DNA from: Ramazzottius varieornatus
Taxonomy: Eukaryota; Animalia; Tardigrada
Assembly: GCA_001949185.1 (NCBI GenBank)
Contig: BDGG01000005.1
Coordinates: 2,953,972-3,017,971, forward strand
DNA length: 64,000 bases
Reading direction: 5' to 3'
A program made the translations under genes and the position numbers. Shown in pieces: positions 1 through 12,021 of the stretch. The first letter of the stretch is position 1; every line of letters starts with the position of its first letter. The notes below the pieces were generated by a model. It worked only from the letters and a program-made list of their open reading frames with translations. It was not told the DNA's origin and did not search any database.

Positions 1-477
1 ATTTTCTGAATATTCGGATTTTGTCGCTGTTTTAATGGGTGGATTGACCTAAATACTATCGTCACACAGGAGTAAACAGAAAGCCGACAGAAATTAATAC
101 CAAAAATGTGATCTCATCTCTGTGAACTGCTGATCCATGTCGACCAGCTGGCGCATTCTGCGGGAGGCATTTGTCGCCCATTGACGTCATCGCGAATATT
201 TCGCATGCGACAGGCAGAGAAGTGGCTCCTGCGTGCTGCTTGATATGCATTGACCATTGATGCGACATGATGGTGTGCCGTGAATAATAACGTGCTCCAG
301 TAGCCGTTAAACGCTGTGAATTGAAGTTTAATTGGCCAAACAGATCCCTACTACCCACTACCCACTACCCACTGCGCCTAATGATTATTATGGTTCTTCA
401 CAGAGCCCGTAGAGTACAGAGGTCGCCACAAGTTTGAAATGGGAACCCGCCAAATAAACTCGGAACGATTGTCATCT

Positions 478-604
478 CAAGTGACGCATGCATGCCTTTT
501 TATGGACAGGAAGTGTGCGCCAGTTGGGATCACGGTCTTGCCGACATTTATCCTCCAAGTGGCTCACATTTTTAGCGTTATTGGCTGAAGGGGTGCGCCA
601 CTTG
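478..604. repeat. Two tandem units (478-526, 556-604) of a ~49-bp palindromic repeat CAAGTGGCGCAC-N25-GTGCGCCACTTG
   Basis: 12-bp inverted arms separated by exactly 25 nt in both units; period 78 bp; same unit recurs across the window. Confidence 0.85.
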
Positions 605-1073
605 GTAGGCAGTTTTGCCGAGTTTGTTTGTTGAGCTTCCAAATGTCCAAGTTCCCGATTGCGCCTTTGGATCCTATTTCAGGGTCACGGATTTTCACAG
701 ACATGGTTGACAGTTGTCTAGAGTACACAAACGACAGGGGTTTATGGTGATTGCTGCTGCTGCCGCAAAGACAAGTGGATATGATTGATCCCATTGATTT
801 TTTGCGATTTCTCTTAGTTAGAGTACGGAAAACCTCGGCAAGACGAGACTTCTGTTTGCTCTAGTGGTCGTTGTGATATTTGTGAATTTATTGAGAAGCT
901 TCAGGCTTTGCCATAACGTGATTAAGTGCACCAGAAAAACTGGAGGGGAGCTGGTACGAAAGGAAACCTTCGCGTCTCGTCTTACATATACCGTACCATA
1001 CACATATATATTTAGAGTAACACCTCCCACGAACGACAGGTCGATCCGCTCGGAGGAAATTCTGGATTGTAAT

Positions 1074-1269
1074 CACGCAGGACGAGAAATTATGGTACAG
1101 TAAATATTATGGGACAGGCCTTTTCGCTACGGCGGTTCGGGAGCACGTACGTGCGCGACCGGTTCACAGTAATACATTTTTGGACACTTTTCTACGGTCG
1201 AATTTCCATTTCGCCGTCCTTTCCGCCTGTCTCATAATTGTACTGCACCATAATATCTCGTCCTGCGTG
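1074..1269. mobile_element. ~200-bp MITE of the pogo-like CACGCA(G/C)GACGAGA family
   Basis: TIRs CACGCAGGACGAGAAATTATGG ... CCATAATATCTCGTCCTGCGTG followed by TA; homologous copies at 25361, 36850, 54281, 62851. Confidence 0.85.
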
Positions 1270-3139
1270 TACTGACAAAACGTCCATTCACGGGGTCGAG
1301 ATACGTCCTATTATGTATGTAGTCTGGTCGGGACCTGGCAAGACTTCGAAAACTCTCCCACGGATTCATCATATCAACAAAGATGCAACAAATATTCAGC
1401 AACTGAACGAAAGCGTCGTTTTACGACGGTAAATTCTACACTGTATATGTTGGACGACTACCCAATACTGGCTAAAAGAAGTTCGGACGGCATTTTATAA
1501 AGGCTTTGGTCTTGGTGTTACGGAATCGAGGCTTCGACCTTTCCGCCGTACTGAGTAATGTGAAAAGAAGGTCAAGCGTTTCTTCCTTACCGTAGAAAAG
1601 GATATCCGGCTGTGAGCTGGTTAGCAAGCGCTGTAGCCGCCTGAAACGGTCGTTCCTCCAACGTGCCGGATAAAATCCAGGCTCGGTTTGATCAGTGACA
1701 GAATAAAATCGCCTTGTAGGATTTCGGCTTCCCGTAGTTGAGGACAGTCCCACCTCGTGGTTCCACGGATCGGTGTCTTGCAGGTCACACGTAACCGCGC
1801 ACAGATGCACTCTTTAAGATGTCACCACAGGTAAGCGAACAGCGGGAATATCGGTGTGTGGGAGGGACTTGCAATTCACGCCGTTCCCTCTTGCAAAATC
1901 GGTAACTTCCGGTCCCCCACAGGGATGAGTTCGATATACACTGAGCCGAACCCTGAAAATAATTTCGTGATAGAAAATGAAACAACAAGTTGTATGTTAT
2001 CGACCGAGTAGTGCTTATGTGCCGATGACTTTGATGTCGAAAACATGCTAGTTTTAGCTCCATCGACGGTCCATTTACAGCTGGTTATGTGCATACATCA
2101 GCGATAATCCATAAATAGACGGGCAGATTCACAGAAGCGGGAACAGAATGCCGGTTAAAAAAGCAGCGCTTCCTTCTTTGGAGGGAAATGAGTTTTGTCA
2201 AGATCAACGTCAAAAAGATGTACTCATCAGTCGCCTGAACATACCATGTCAAATGCACAAGAGTGAACTTAAGTTATGATGTGATGGAAGAACACAAGTC
2301 ATTTTTAGCGCAGCGATAATCATCGTCGAAGTGGCGCGGAGACGATAGTGAAGGATTATATGCAGATGCAGCTGCAGGCTGATCATAACCCCTGAGACTT
2401 CTCCTAGCAGACAGACTGGCGCCTTCCGACGTACGCTCGACGAACCGTAAGTAGTACTCGTACACTATACACCCAAACGCGCATTCCAGCATTAACAACA
2501 TCGAAACCGCGAAGTACCTGCGCGTTCGTACTTTGCATAGATCGGTGCTTTTCAAAGCCAGTTTGAAATCTACTAGTTAAACGATCAGCGGTGATGAGAT
2601 TTCTGGAAAAAGCCAAGTGGTAGGTAGAACCTAGAAATTAGCTGCAAAGGTTGCGCAGGAGGAAAAGGTCGTTTTCCCAGTGGAAGAAACGCCTGTCCAA
2701 GAAGTGAGTACGAACGGAGCATAACAGGCATGAAATGGCGCGCAGTAAAGAGGGTCCTTCAGCGCATTAACGGTGTGCGTGCGTGTTCCCCCACGCCTCT
2801 TTTTCCCCATTTCAGTGTCACTGTTTTCCATACACCTGTCATAATTTCAATGCCATGATTCGAAATTGCTGACGCGTTATCCGAACGCGTGTAGTAACCC
2901 AGCCTATATGTTTCAGAGGTTCCTTTCTGAGAAAGTAGCGCTCAGGTGTACGTTAGGTCTCCGTATCGCGGGGCTAAAACAGCCGAAGTGGTTATATGTC
3001 AGTCAAGAAGTATATGTCACTCTTTCTGGATGTCTAACGCGAGACCGAATTATTAGTCGGATGGATCATACTCGAACCTTCATGCTTTTCAGGTTAGTAA
3101 GTATGATATGGGTAAATGGCTCAACCCAGATCGTTGTCT

Positions 3140-3335
3140 CCAGTGGCGCACGTTTTTATTGTTATTAACTAAGAGGGTACGCCACTTGGGAACACAATCT
3201 TGTCTAGGTTTTCCAAGTGGGCGCTCGCTTGCAGTGTTATTGGCTGGAAACGTGAGTCACTTGGGAAAGCGATCATGTTGAGTTTCCAAGTGGCGCAGGT
3301 TTTCACTGCGATTGGCCGAAGGTGTGCGCTGCTTG
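3140..3335. repeat. Three tandem units (3140-3188, 3214-3263, 3287-3335) of the 49-bp palindromic repeat
   Basis: Arms resembling CAAGTGGCGCAC / GTGCGCCACTTG with related 25-nt spacers; period 73-74 bp. Confidence 0.85.
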
Positions 3336-4223
3336 GGATAAAGACCTGGACGTCACTGCCGGCGTCACAACTGTAGGGGAATGATCGATATTCGTTGACT
3401 CTATCGTGTAAAGGTCTTGGTGTTCAAGGTCCCTGACTTGGCATTTATCGCAAGGTGGGTCCCGTCTGAAAGGAAGAAAAAACGAGGCGTGTATGGGCCT
3501 CATATGTGCGCGGTGTCTGCCAGCAAAAAAAGCCACCTGCTCCGCACTCGATGTTTCCGGTGCTTGGAGCACACCTTTTCACGTCTATTGAGTCTCTATA
3601 TAATAGCTGCCTCACACGTTTTTCGGCCGTCACGTACCGACGACGAATAATCCAGTTTATGGTTTTCCGCGAATCCCCTTTTCGAGGGTGCGATCCTGTC
3701 GGAGCCTAAGATAGACAAACAAACATCAAAAATTCAAAAATAGCTCGTGTCTGTTATCGATTGTTTAAATTTTGGAAACGGCGGTTTCACGATCTGCCCA
3801 TTTATTAGCGAAGAATGCAGAATGGACGCACGTTGCCCGCTTCTTGTTTCGGCACTTTTTCACGATGCAAGTCACATACACCCTGTATATACCGAACGCC
3901 GGATCGAATATACTGTATGAGAACAAGTTCTCGCACAGAACTTGAATTGGCAAGACATGACAAGACAGTTCTCCAACTAGTAGAAGAGGGTTATATATAG
4001 GAGAAACGGTTGCTCTTCAACCACTTAACGACGTATAGTTTTCGTTTCCTGGCTTCCTGGCTTCGCGAAATGCCACTGACACACCTAGAACTGCAACCGC
4101 GCCGACATAAATATCGAAGAGGATCGACGGTTGATTTCCTCTCCATCGTTAGGATCACCTTGACCCATCTGACATTTACTTCTCATTTGCCAAAGAGCAC
4201 TAGCTTCAAGCCAGCAACAACCA

Positions 4224-6353
4224 TTAGAAAATCACAGGGTTCGTATGCTGTATCTTGCAGTGGGACAACACCTCTTCGATATCAGAGAAATAAGCATCAT
4301 CAGGAGAAAACACACAGCTAGCAATGTCTCTTGCTTGTTCCGCGTATTCTTCCGCGACCTTCCAGTTCCGTAACCGCACGTGAGTCTGTGACACAGCTAT
4401 GCAAGCCTGGAGTGCCGGCACTGAAATGGGGCCTAAGCCGAACCTGTAACTATCGATCAGATCAGTCAGAAACGGCGCCTTCTTCCGCGGATCATCCTGC
4501 ATTAGTGAGTAATATCCCACTAAACAGGTGCTGATGGCTAATCGATAGTAATTCAACCTGAACAGGTAATCATCAGCTTCCTGACCCAAAGCCAAAAGCG
4601 ACAGTATCAACTGCTCGTCAGGTTGCTCGGGTTTCTTTTTCGATTCGGAAAAGTCTAGCGTTGTATGGTTTTCGGAAAGAAACTGTTGGATTGTCAACAT
4701 TAGGTCTTTGCCATCTTTCAGTCTTTCGTCTGTTTGATCCATTCGATATAAACAAACCTCGCAAGGACCTGCAAAACAAAATTCAAAGAAGTCAGGTAAA
4801 TATTGACGGAAAAAAGATCAAAGGACCAGGATACAATCAGCGTAAAAACCAATAAAAACAAAACAACGACACTGACGTGAGGGCATCTTCGAAGATCACG
4901 TCACGTAACATGACGTCATACGGGTGGTTCTGGCCCAACAGCATTACAAAGGCAGCAAAGACGCCAGAGGCAAAATGGGACACTTAGCATCACAGAATAG
5001 ATCGAAAGCCTGCGTTTCCACCATGACGTCAGATATTACATCCTGACTGACCTAAGGCTTAAACACCTACCCAACGGAAGCCAGTCTTTTCCAAGCAGGA
5101 TAAAGCCTCCACAATTCTTCCCTGGACATTTCAGACTTCTTGCCATACCATCTCGTTCGATGCTATGGCATCTTGAACAGCTACAGGAGAAGTAGTAGCT
5201 TTCTTTGAGCTCAGCGCGACGAAGTTGCGTAGGTTTTAAAGGATCAATGTAGGCGATGCGGACTTTGTCCAGCGACTCGATGGGCGCTGTTGCGATGATC
5301 TGCAACTGTGGAGGCGAACTTCTCGCGATGTACAGGGCGTTGGGGACGCAGCTGTGGTCGAACTGTGAGATGCCCAGGTAGATACCGATACCCAGGATGT
5401 TTCCACCACGGTCGGGGATGGAAATGGTGTTGGTCACAACGCGACTGTAGACTTCCGCTACGATGTCCCCTCCGAGTTCGAGAAGAGTCTCCTTCCCCAT
5501 AAATCGCTTGATTTCGTGCATATTCTGCTTGAATTTTTCACTCTTTTCCAATTCTTCGTCAATCTGAAAGCAAGAAACAAGGCTGTAAGAACTTTGATCC
5601 AAATCCAGTACGAGCCCATAAGGTTATGACATAACATTACATAAATAACATAACATATCACCGTACAGTCAATTTGTTTCTGTGGAAAAAACTCAAACCT
5701 CGTTTGTATGGGAGCACAAGTTATCGAAACCACGGTCGGTTGCAGGAGTGCAGCTTTCCGGAGGCATGGTCATTTGTCCCATCCAAGCTTTATTCATGAT
5801 GAGGTTAACGAGACGGATGAGCGCGTCCGGGAAGAAGCCGGTTTCTTTGTGATATTTACCGAGGAGAGTACATTCCATCTTGTGGACAGGCCAAGCTTTC
5901 TTCGCACAGGTGTCTCCACAGTACCTTGCGAATCGACATCGGACACAGCGCTTCAACTTCGCTTCCTTTGCTTCCCTAGAAGAAAATTCAAGAAATTAAC
6001 ACATCAAAGTCCATAAACGTAAGAAGTGGCGCATCGTTGAACGGGAGAAATTAAATCAAATGCGCCGCCTGACCCGAGAAAAACGGTAAGTTTTGCTTCC
6101 TCAATCAACTAATCAAGCTCACGAACCTCCGATAGCACGAATGGCAAATTTCGCCGATGTATTCTGGACTGATAACCGAGGCGAACGGCAGCTCTTCCAT
6201 CACCACATCGCCTGGCTGATATTTCCATCGTGCAGTATCTTCATCATCCATGCATAGAAGCTCGGCGTAGCTTGACATCCCATAGGATTTGCTAGTGAAA
6301 TCCAGGGCTGGTTTTTCCGAACGTGGAGTAACTTCCGTTTCCGGCACGGACAT
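4224..6353 (-). CDS. SMYD-family SET and MYND domain lysine methyltransferase; exons 6353-6127, 5975-5699, 5563-5071, 4768-4224
   Basis: Split SET N-part (YQPGDVVMEELPFA), MYND finger (CHSC..CVRC..YCGDTCAKKAWPVHKMEC), SET core (GIGIYLGISQFDHSCVPNA, IAYID), post-SET YYFSCSCSRC, helical C-terminus; GT-AG sites with compatible phases. Confidence 0.92.
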
Positions 6354-8469
6354 GGCGATGCGCAATCAGTTTCTTTCAGACGTGAGCAAATTTTTGTGTG
6401 TTTTCTCTCCGTGAACTCCTGAAATATGTAAGAAGGAGACCAACCCCAGCAGGGCAAAGAGAAGAGTTTTGAGCACTGTAGTGTTGCTGAACCGCACGTC
6501 CATCTGAGACCAACTTGCCATAGAATCCGGTTCATCATGATACGGACTGTCTCTCAAGATAACGTGCCGACTCCCGCACGAGAGGGCTGGGTTCGATTCT
6601 GCAAAGTTTGCTTTTTGGTTTTCCAACAAGCCATAATTGTCACTTCGTAGTGCCTTTTAACCCAAAACGCACGTTCATCAAAGATACACTCATCTAGCGT
6701 AATTATGGGGGGAAAATATTTGGCCACAGGCCGAAAGCGGCAACGCTTCGATTGATCGTCATTTAAGCCGGGAGGCCTTCGGCCGGTGGCCAGAAATTTG
6801 TTCGCCGCCAATAATTGGACCAGGCGGGTGTACGAAGCTTGCCTGCAGACACACGAACGATTTCAATAAAATGGTAACGAAGTACGGATGGAAGCATAAA
6901 GAAGGACTGTCGGGACACATCTTGATAGCCCAACTCTGTCCTCTTTGTTTGTCTGACTACCGGGAAACTGCATGTGCGTGCTTGAGGCAGCCGGTATTGC
7001 TGGACTTATCATATCACATACAGCCTAAGTGTACAAAGAAGACGGTCTCGACGAAGGCAATTACTCCTCCAGGTCCCGTATCGGTAAACCATACATTCAA
7101 AATCGGCCGCATAATTTCAAGATGGGCTCACGCTTCTTATGGATTTGAAGTTAGCAGGGACTTTTAACTCGAATTACACGATGATCTTCTATTTCTTGAC
7201 AATTTACGTTTCTACGTGTGCTAGCGCGCTAGTACCATGTTCAGTTTTGATCAGTGAATTCAACGTTGGGAGACACATTGATTCTGAGTTTCCCGACTGC
7301 GTGAAACTCAAGAATTTGTGCATCTACAAGCATCGTCTTGACAGATACTCCTTGGTAGTGTGGGACGCTTTAGACGATGTCTCGCAGTGTCAAATGGACC
7401 TATCTCGGCTATGGATTAGTGATGTTCTAATATAGTAATATTGTATTAAAGTGGATGATAGTAGGTGGTTTGAGCATCTACTATATTAAGTAATATTTAG
7501 TAAACAGAATTGGGCGCCGTATTCCAAGATTTGTATTTTAGTAGCTTGAAACCGGAAGTGCGATATCTTATTATTAAGTTGTCCATTATTTACAGAAAAT
7601 TTATTTCAATACGGGAAACGCTACCGCTGATTCGAAACTGGTTGATTTGCTGAGTTCTGATGCGTGTGCGTTGGTTTCTCGATGTGCGACCACGCCTTAT
7701 AAAGTGCGCCACACCATAATGGTGCCTCTACAGCAGCATAGTAGGGCTACTCCAAAATAAATACCCTTAAACATCGTGCACCTGTATACTCTATGACACT
7801 TCAACCGGCCATGTTACAGTGTGCAGGTTGCAAGCTGTACTACAGTATGTTTTCTGATATGATGGTTATAAGCAAATGTCTCAGGGTACTCGCGATTCAG
7901 TCGTGGCTGTTACTGCAAAATAAGGACGGTGGAGCCAGTATCGTTGCCATTTACCATGATTTCAAGTTTCAGCCAGGCAGAACCTTTCACGTCGAAGGAC
8001 GATATTATTTGTCAGCTCAACGAACCATCCTTCCGAAGCGCATTGTCGATTATGTGATGTACTTCACTATACGGTTCGACTGAACGAACGAAGCTTAGAC
8101 GCGCTCAAGCGGATAGCCAGAACGGGCCGCTACCAGGAGAGATGGACTTTCCGAATATCATCATGTCATGTTATAATTGTAATTGTCCGAGTTTACTTGA
8201 TTTTAGCAATAAGGTACCACTCAAGATTATCAGTCACCGTTGTGAGGTTTCACGCTCGAAGCATATATCTGCACAGTCCATATGCACGAATCAAAGTATC
8301 CCTGGGGCCTGCAAACCTTAGTTTGTCGTGGTCCGGGGTTAAATTTTACCGGTACCGTTAGGTAAGTCGCTCATTCCATAACTTTTGGTTTTCATAAAAT
8401 TTTTGCTACATTTTCCCGAAAGTGTTCGCTTTCGTTGCCCTTATCCTTGTGGTGGTTCTTCCGCCCGGA

Positions 8470-9178
8470 ATGGCTACCCAGCATAACCGTAAGTTTGCCT
8501 CTAGAAGAAGGTTCTACTTGTACTCCACTTTACAGATGGTCGTAATCTAGCGTGGTTAGATCATTCGTGCCTGCCCATCAGTCCACACATATTGCCTAGA
8601 TGTGATTGTTGAATGATCAAAAATCATGGATGGTATAGTTGCGTCAGCCTACAACCATCGGTGAAGCTTCCTATACCCTTAAACATGTCTTGTTTCAGGC
8701 GGTAAGAACCGTATCCAGCCTACTACGGTAGCTGGAAATACGACTGCCTTACCGCAAGTGAAGCTGGAGGAATTTGTCCGCCAATGTCCCGCTGCACCTC
8801 CATGCCCACCATACAACCGGACGGAGACCGACCTGGAACTTCGAAAGGATCGTGGTGCCAAGCACGGGGACACTGGTGATGAAAAGTGCCCCCCTCCGTC
8901 CGTGAAGACTTACTCGAAGGTTGCCGGTATGGAATTCGGCGCAGAAAGATCCTGCAAAGGAACGTCGCCGGAATTCCTCCTTACCTCAGGACTGGGTTTC
9001 GACAGGCATGCTGTGCTTCACGGCCATCGCCCTAGGCTACTTGCAGTATCTGGGCAAGAAGTATCGATCAGCTCCAGCTGATTCGGCGGACATGGCGGAG
9101 AAAGGATGGAAGACCAATAAGACACTGAACATCGTCAAACAGAAGCTGGGCCATCGCCGCCGAAACAGCTGGAGCTGA
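8470..9178 (+). CDS. Predicted ~142-aa orphan single-pass membrane protein; exons 8470-8488, 8699-8919, 8990-9178
   Basis: ATG GCT ACC CAG CAT AAC C|GTAAGT donor, TTTCAG| and CCTCAG| acceptors, phases 1 and 0 join into one open frame; hydrophobic segment WVSTGMLCFTAIALGYLQYL then KKYR; second donor (GTTGCC) is weak. Confidence 0.55.
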
Positions 9179-9995
9179 TCGGTACGTAGAGTCAGGATAC
9201 TCGTTTTACTTTTTCATTTGAATTCTCTTTTATTTCTTGACGTTTACCTTGTTGTTTTCCATATCTGGACGGAGTCTTTCATTTTTGCGTGATACCGCGT
9301 TCGACGCTAGATGTTCTATTGTTTTCTTCCCCTGATTGGACTTTTGTCCGCTTGGCACAGTTTTAACTTGTAAATAGTCACCCGACGTGTTGCCCTTCCC
9401 ACTTCCGCTGTCACGTAAGCAATCAGGACCTTGATCAGGCGTTTCGCTTTCCAGCAACGCGCGATTCAGCAGCACATAACTGACGAAAACTCGACGGAAA
9501 CTTTTGAAATCTGTAGTGTTAGTATGTAATATCGACAGGCAGATTGGTATGTAAGTGGTGTCATGTCAGTACGTAAGGAACCAGGGAACCAAAACTAGCG
9601 CAGTTTATTTTGGCTCGCGATCGTCCGCTATTGTTCGGATGTTTATTCGACCGCAGCCGCTCGCAACTTGTTTGTCGTTCAGGACTTAAAGAGTTTTGAC
9701 CACTGGTGCATGGCTCAAAGCAAATTGAGGAGTGTTTCCAGATTAGCGCAGTACCACCGCCGGATACAATAACACTGCGATGAACGGACCTCAAGTCACA
9801 ACCGCGAAGAGCTCAGTTTGTGAATTGTGATTATGCAAGTAACCATAACATAAACTCGATCAAGAGGCCTGTTCACACTGGCGCTGCTCTGCTTTTTACC
9901 TCTTGGAGATCGACTGTGAAATTCCGTTACTCTGATTGAAAACATTCCTGAACCATCTTAGACTGGTGGAAGGATGAAAGGTTCCTGATCAAAAA

Positions 9996-11418
9996 ATGGA
10001 TATCACAGGATTCTTGACATTCTTTTGGAATATCATACTATTGTCGGTTGGGATAAAAGGGGTCATGTGTCAAGAGGTTGACACCGACTACAATGAAGTG
10101 AATATTGAATCCGGCGCAGGTCGGAAACCTGTCGCGCCAACCTCGATTCCGTTCTTACGGCCTAGCCCATGGATTGCAATACCCGAAGCTGCCTTTCCGT
10201 TTCCGCTCATCCCACAAACTGCTCCTATGCGAGCGATGGCTGTGCTCAACGACAACACGGGAGTTACGGGACAGGTCGTCTTTGACCAGCGTTCTGCCAA
10301 TGAGGTATTTTGCACATAGCTTACCCACAAATTCACTGTGGAAAGATGTCGCAGTCCTCCCGAAATTCCTTGTCAAAGTCTTCATGTAGTTAGCTCTTAC
10401 AAAAGAGCAGCTCTAGGGCATTGTGTCGAAGTTGCTCATAATCATATTTTTCCTCATTTCAGCCACTGGTAATGTCGGCCTCGTTTGCTGGACTTCAACC
10501 TAACAGTAAGTAACAGTAACAGTAACAGCCCAATGTACCGGTTTGTACAGCCTGTTCAAGCCAACTTGCGCCCACTCATGATATTGAGTTGTTCTCGACT
10601 CGACTGTTGCTCAACTTCCAACCTGTACTTCCTTGCTCCACCATCCTAGTATTTGCCGTCTCAGGAGAACTTTTCGGCCGGAACTCTGTTCACAGGAAGT
10701 CAGAATCGACAAGGATCAAGGAAAGGTGCGAGGTGAAAAACTCACAACTTTCGCAGTTTTCAGAACCGTTTCCGACAATTATTTATCAGGTAGCAAGTTG
10801 GTATGAACAGGGTGCATATCGGGCTACAGTTTCCTCTGGAAAGTCTGGACTTTAAAAATCAGGTTGGTCTGGAGATATTCAATCATCTTTCTGAATTCTC
10901 TATTTCCAGCTCTTCACGGATTGCATATTCACGGGTTCGTTACTGATTATGTTCTATAGTTGTGTTCACCTAACTTATGTTTTGTGATGCCCACTGGTAT
11001 GCGAAGTATTTCATACGCAGGGCAGGAGACCTCAGTAGCGGGTGTCAAAGTATCTCCGGCCATTTCAATCCGTTCAACCTCGTGCATGGCTCTCCATCGG
11101 ACACCTTTCGACATGCCGGCGACCTTGGCAATCTACAAGCCAACGGTAAGTACTCTCATCATTTCCTAACCTGTGGTTCCAATAAAATTTACTCTCTCGT
11201 CGACCTTGCGGGTTTTAGAGCTCGGAAGAGCGAACTTTACGCGATGGGACAGCACTTTATCACTGAGTGGGCCGTTTTCTGTTCTGGGTCGTGCGGTGGC
11301 GCTGCACGAGAGACCCGACGACTTGGGACACGGCGACAACGTGGCCAGCAAACTAACTGGCAACACTGGAAATCGCATTGCGTGCGGAGTTATCGGATTA
11401 ATGAGCACCGTACTGTGA
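9996..11418 (+). CDS. Secreted Cu/Zn superoxide dismutase A with Pro-rich N-terminal extension; exons 9996-10304, 10463-10505, 10910-10934, 11021-11145, 11219-11418
   Basis: Signal-peptide-like N-terminus; HGLHIH, GHFNP, VHGSP, RHAGDLGN, LHERPDDLG, GNTGNRIACGVI: all Cu/Zn ligands, catalytic Arg and disulfide Cys present; exon phases consistent. Confidence 0.93.
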
Positions 11419-12021
11419 TTTCACGTGGCGAAAGACCGGTTCCTCTGGTCGAGAGGCATGCATATGCTCGCGTACCTGAACGTCTTGCTTGATCTTGCTC
11501 TGTAATTATTAGCCAGTACTGGTTAACATGCCATATTAAATGTGCTGGGTCTGACATAAATCTGTTGGCCATGGCTTTCTGGGCAAGGAAATCTGTACGC
11601 TACAGTGACAACTTCGCTCTTGACCCTGTGACCAAAGTTCTCTTTTGCCTCACATTCCAAGAAGTGACAGCAGGCTTTCTGCCGCTGCATCCGAGCTGGG
11701 ACTCTTTATCAGTCGAAGAAATCAGGTTATCAAGGTGGTCAAGTGGCGAACTTTGGTGGACAATAGTGGGTAATACCGATAAGAAATCACACAGGCAACC
11801 AACTGCAGAGGGCTTCGAGCACATGTAAACAAAGCTATAGCTAAATGCTGATGATTAGAAGGGCAGGCCTTATCACAAATCTATAAATACGTGTACTTTA
11901 GTTTCCGTCTGGAAAATTTAAACGCTGGTTAGCAGAACACTGTGCTTCGCGAAGTTTCTTGGCCAAGTATACTCTGCTCTTTTTCGGCATCTTTGGCAAA
12001 AGATATTGATATCGCTCAAAA

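Noticed and set aside
345-373. (CCCACTA)n short tandem repeat as a telomere remnant
   Set aside because: Only about three units; consistent with a chance microsatellite.
564-794. ORF starting MGSIISTCLCG (myristoylation/palmitoylation-like)
   Set aside because: No convincing donor site or recognisable domain, and the frame runs into the 49-bp repeat; cannot be supported as a gene.
3140-3335. CRISPR-like repeat-spacer array
   Set aside because: Eukaryotic context, degenerate repeats, spacers homologous to each other and no cas genes.
6366-6629. Minus-strand ORF with a hydrophobic stretch upstream of SMYD
   Set aside because: Non-ATG start in the track, no family match; more likely UTR or promoter sequence.
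7552-7560. CCGGAAGTG ETS-type motif (also at 14765 and 60325)
   Set aside because: Short motif without positional consistency relative to gene starts; function cannot be supported from sequence alone.
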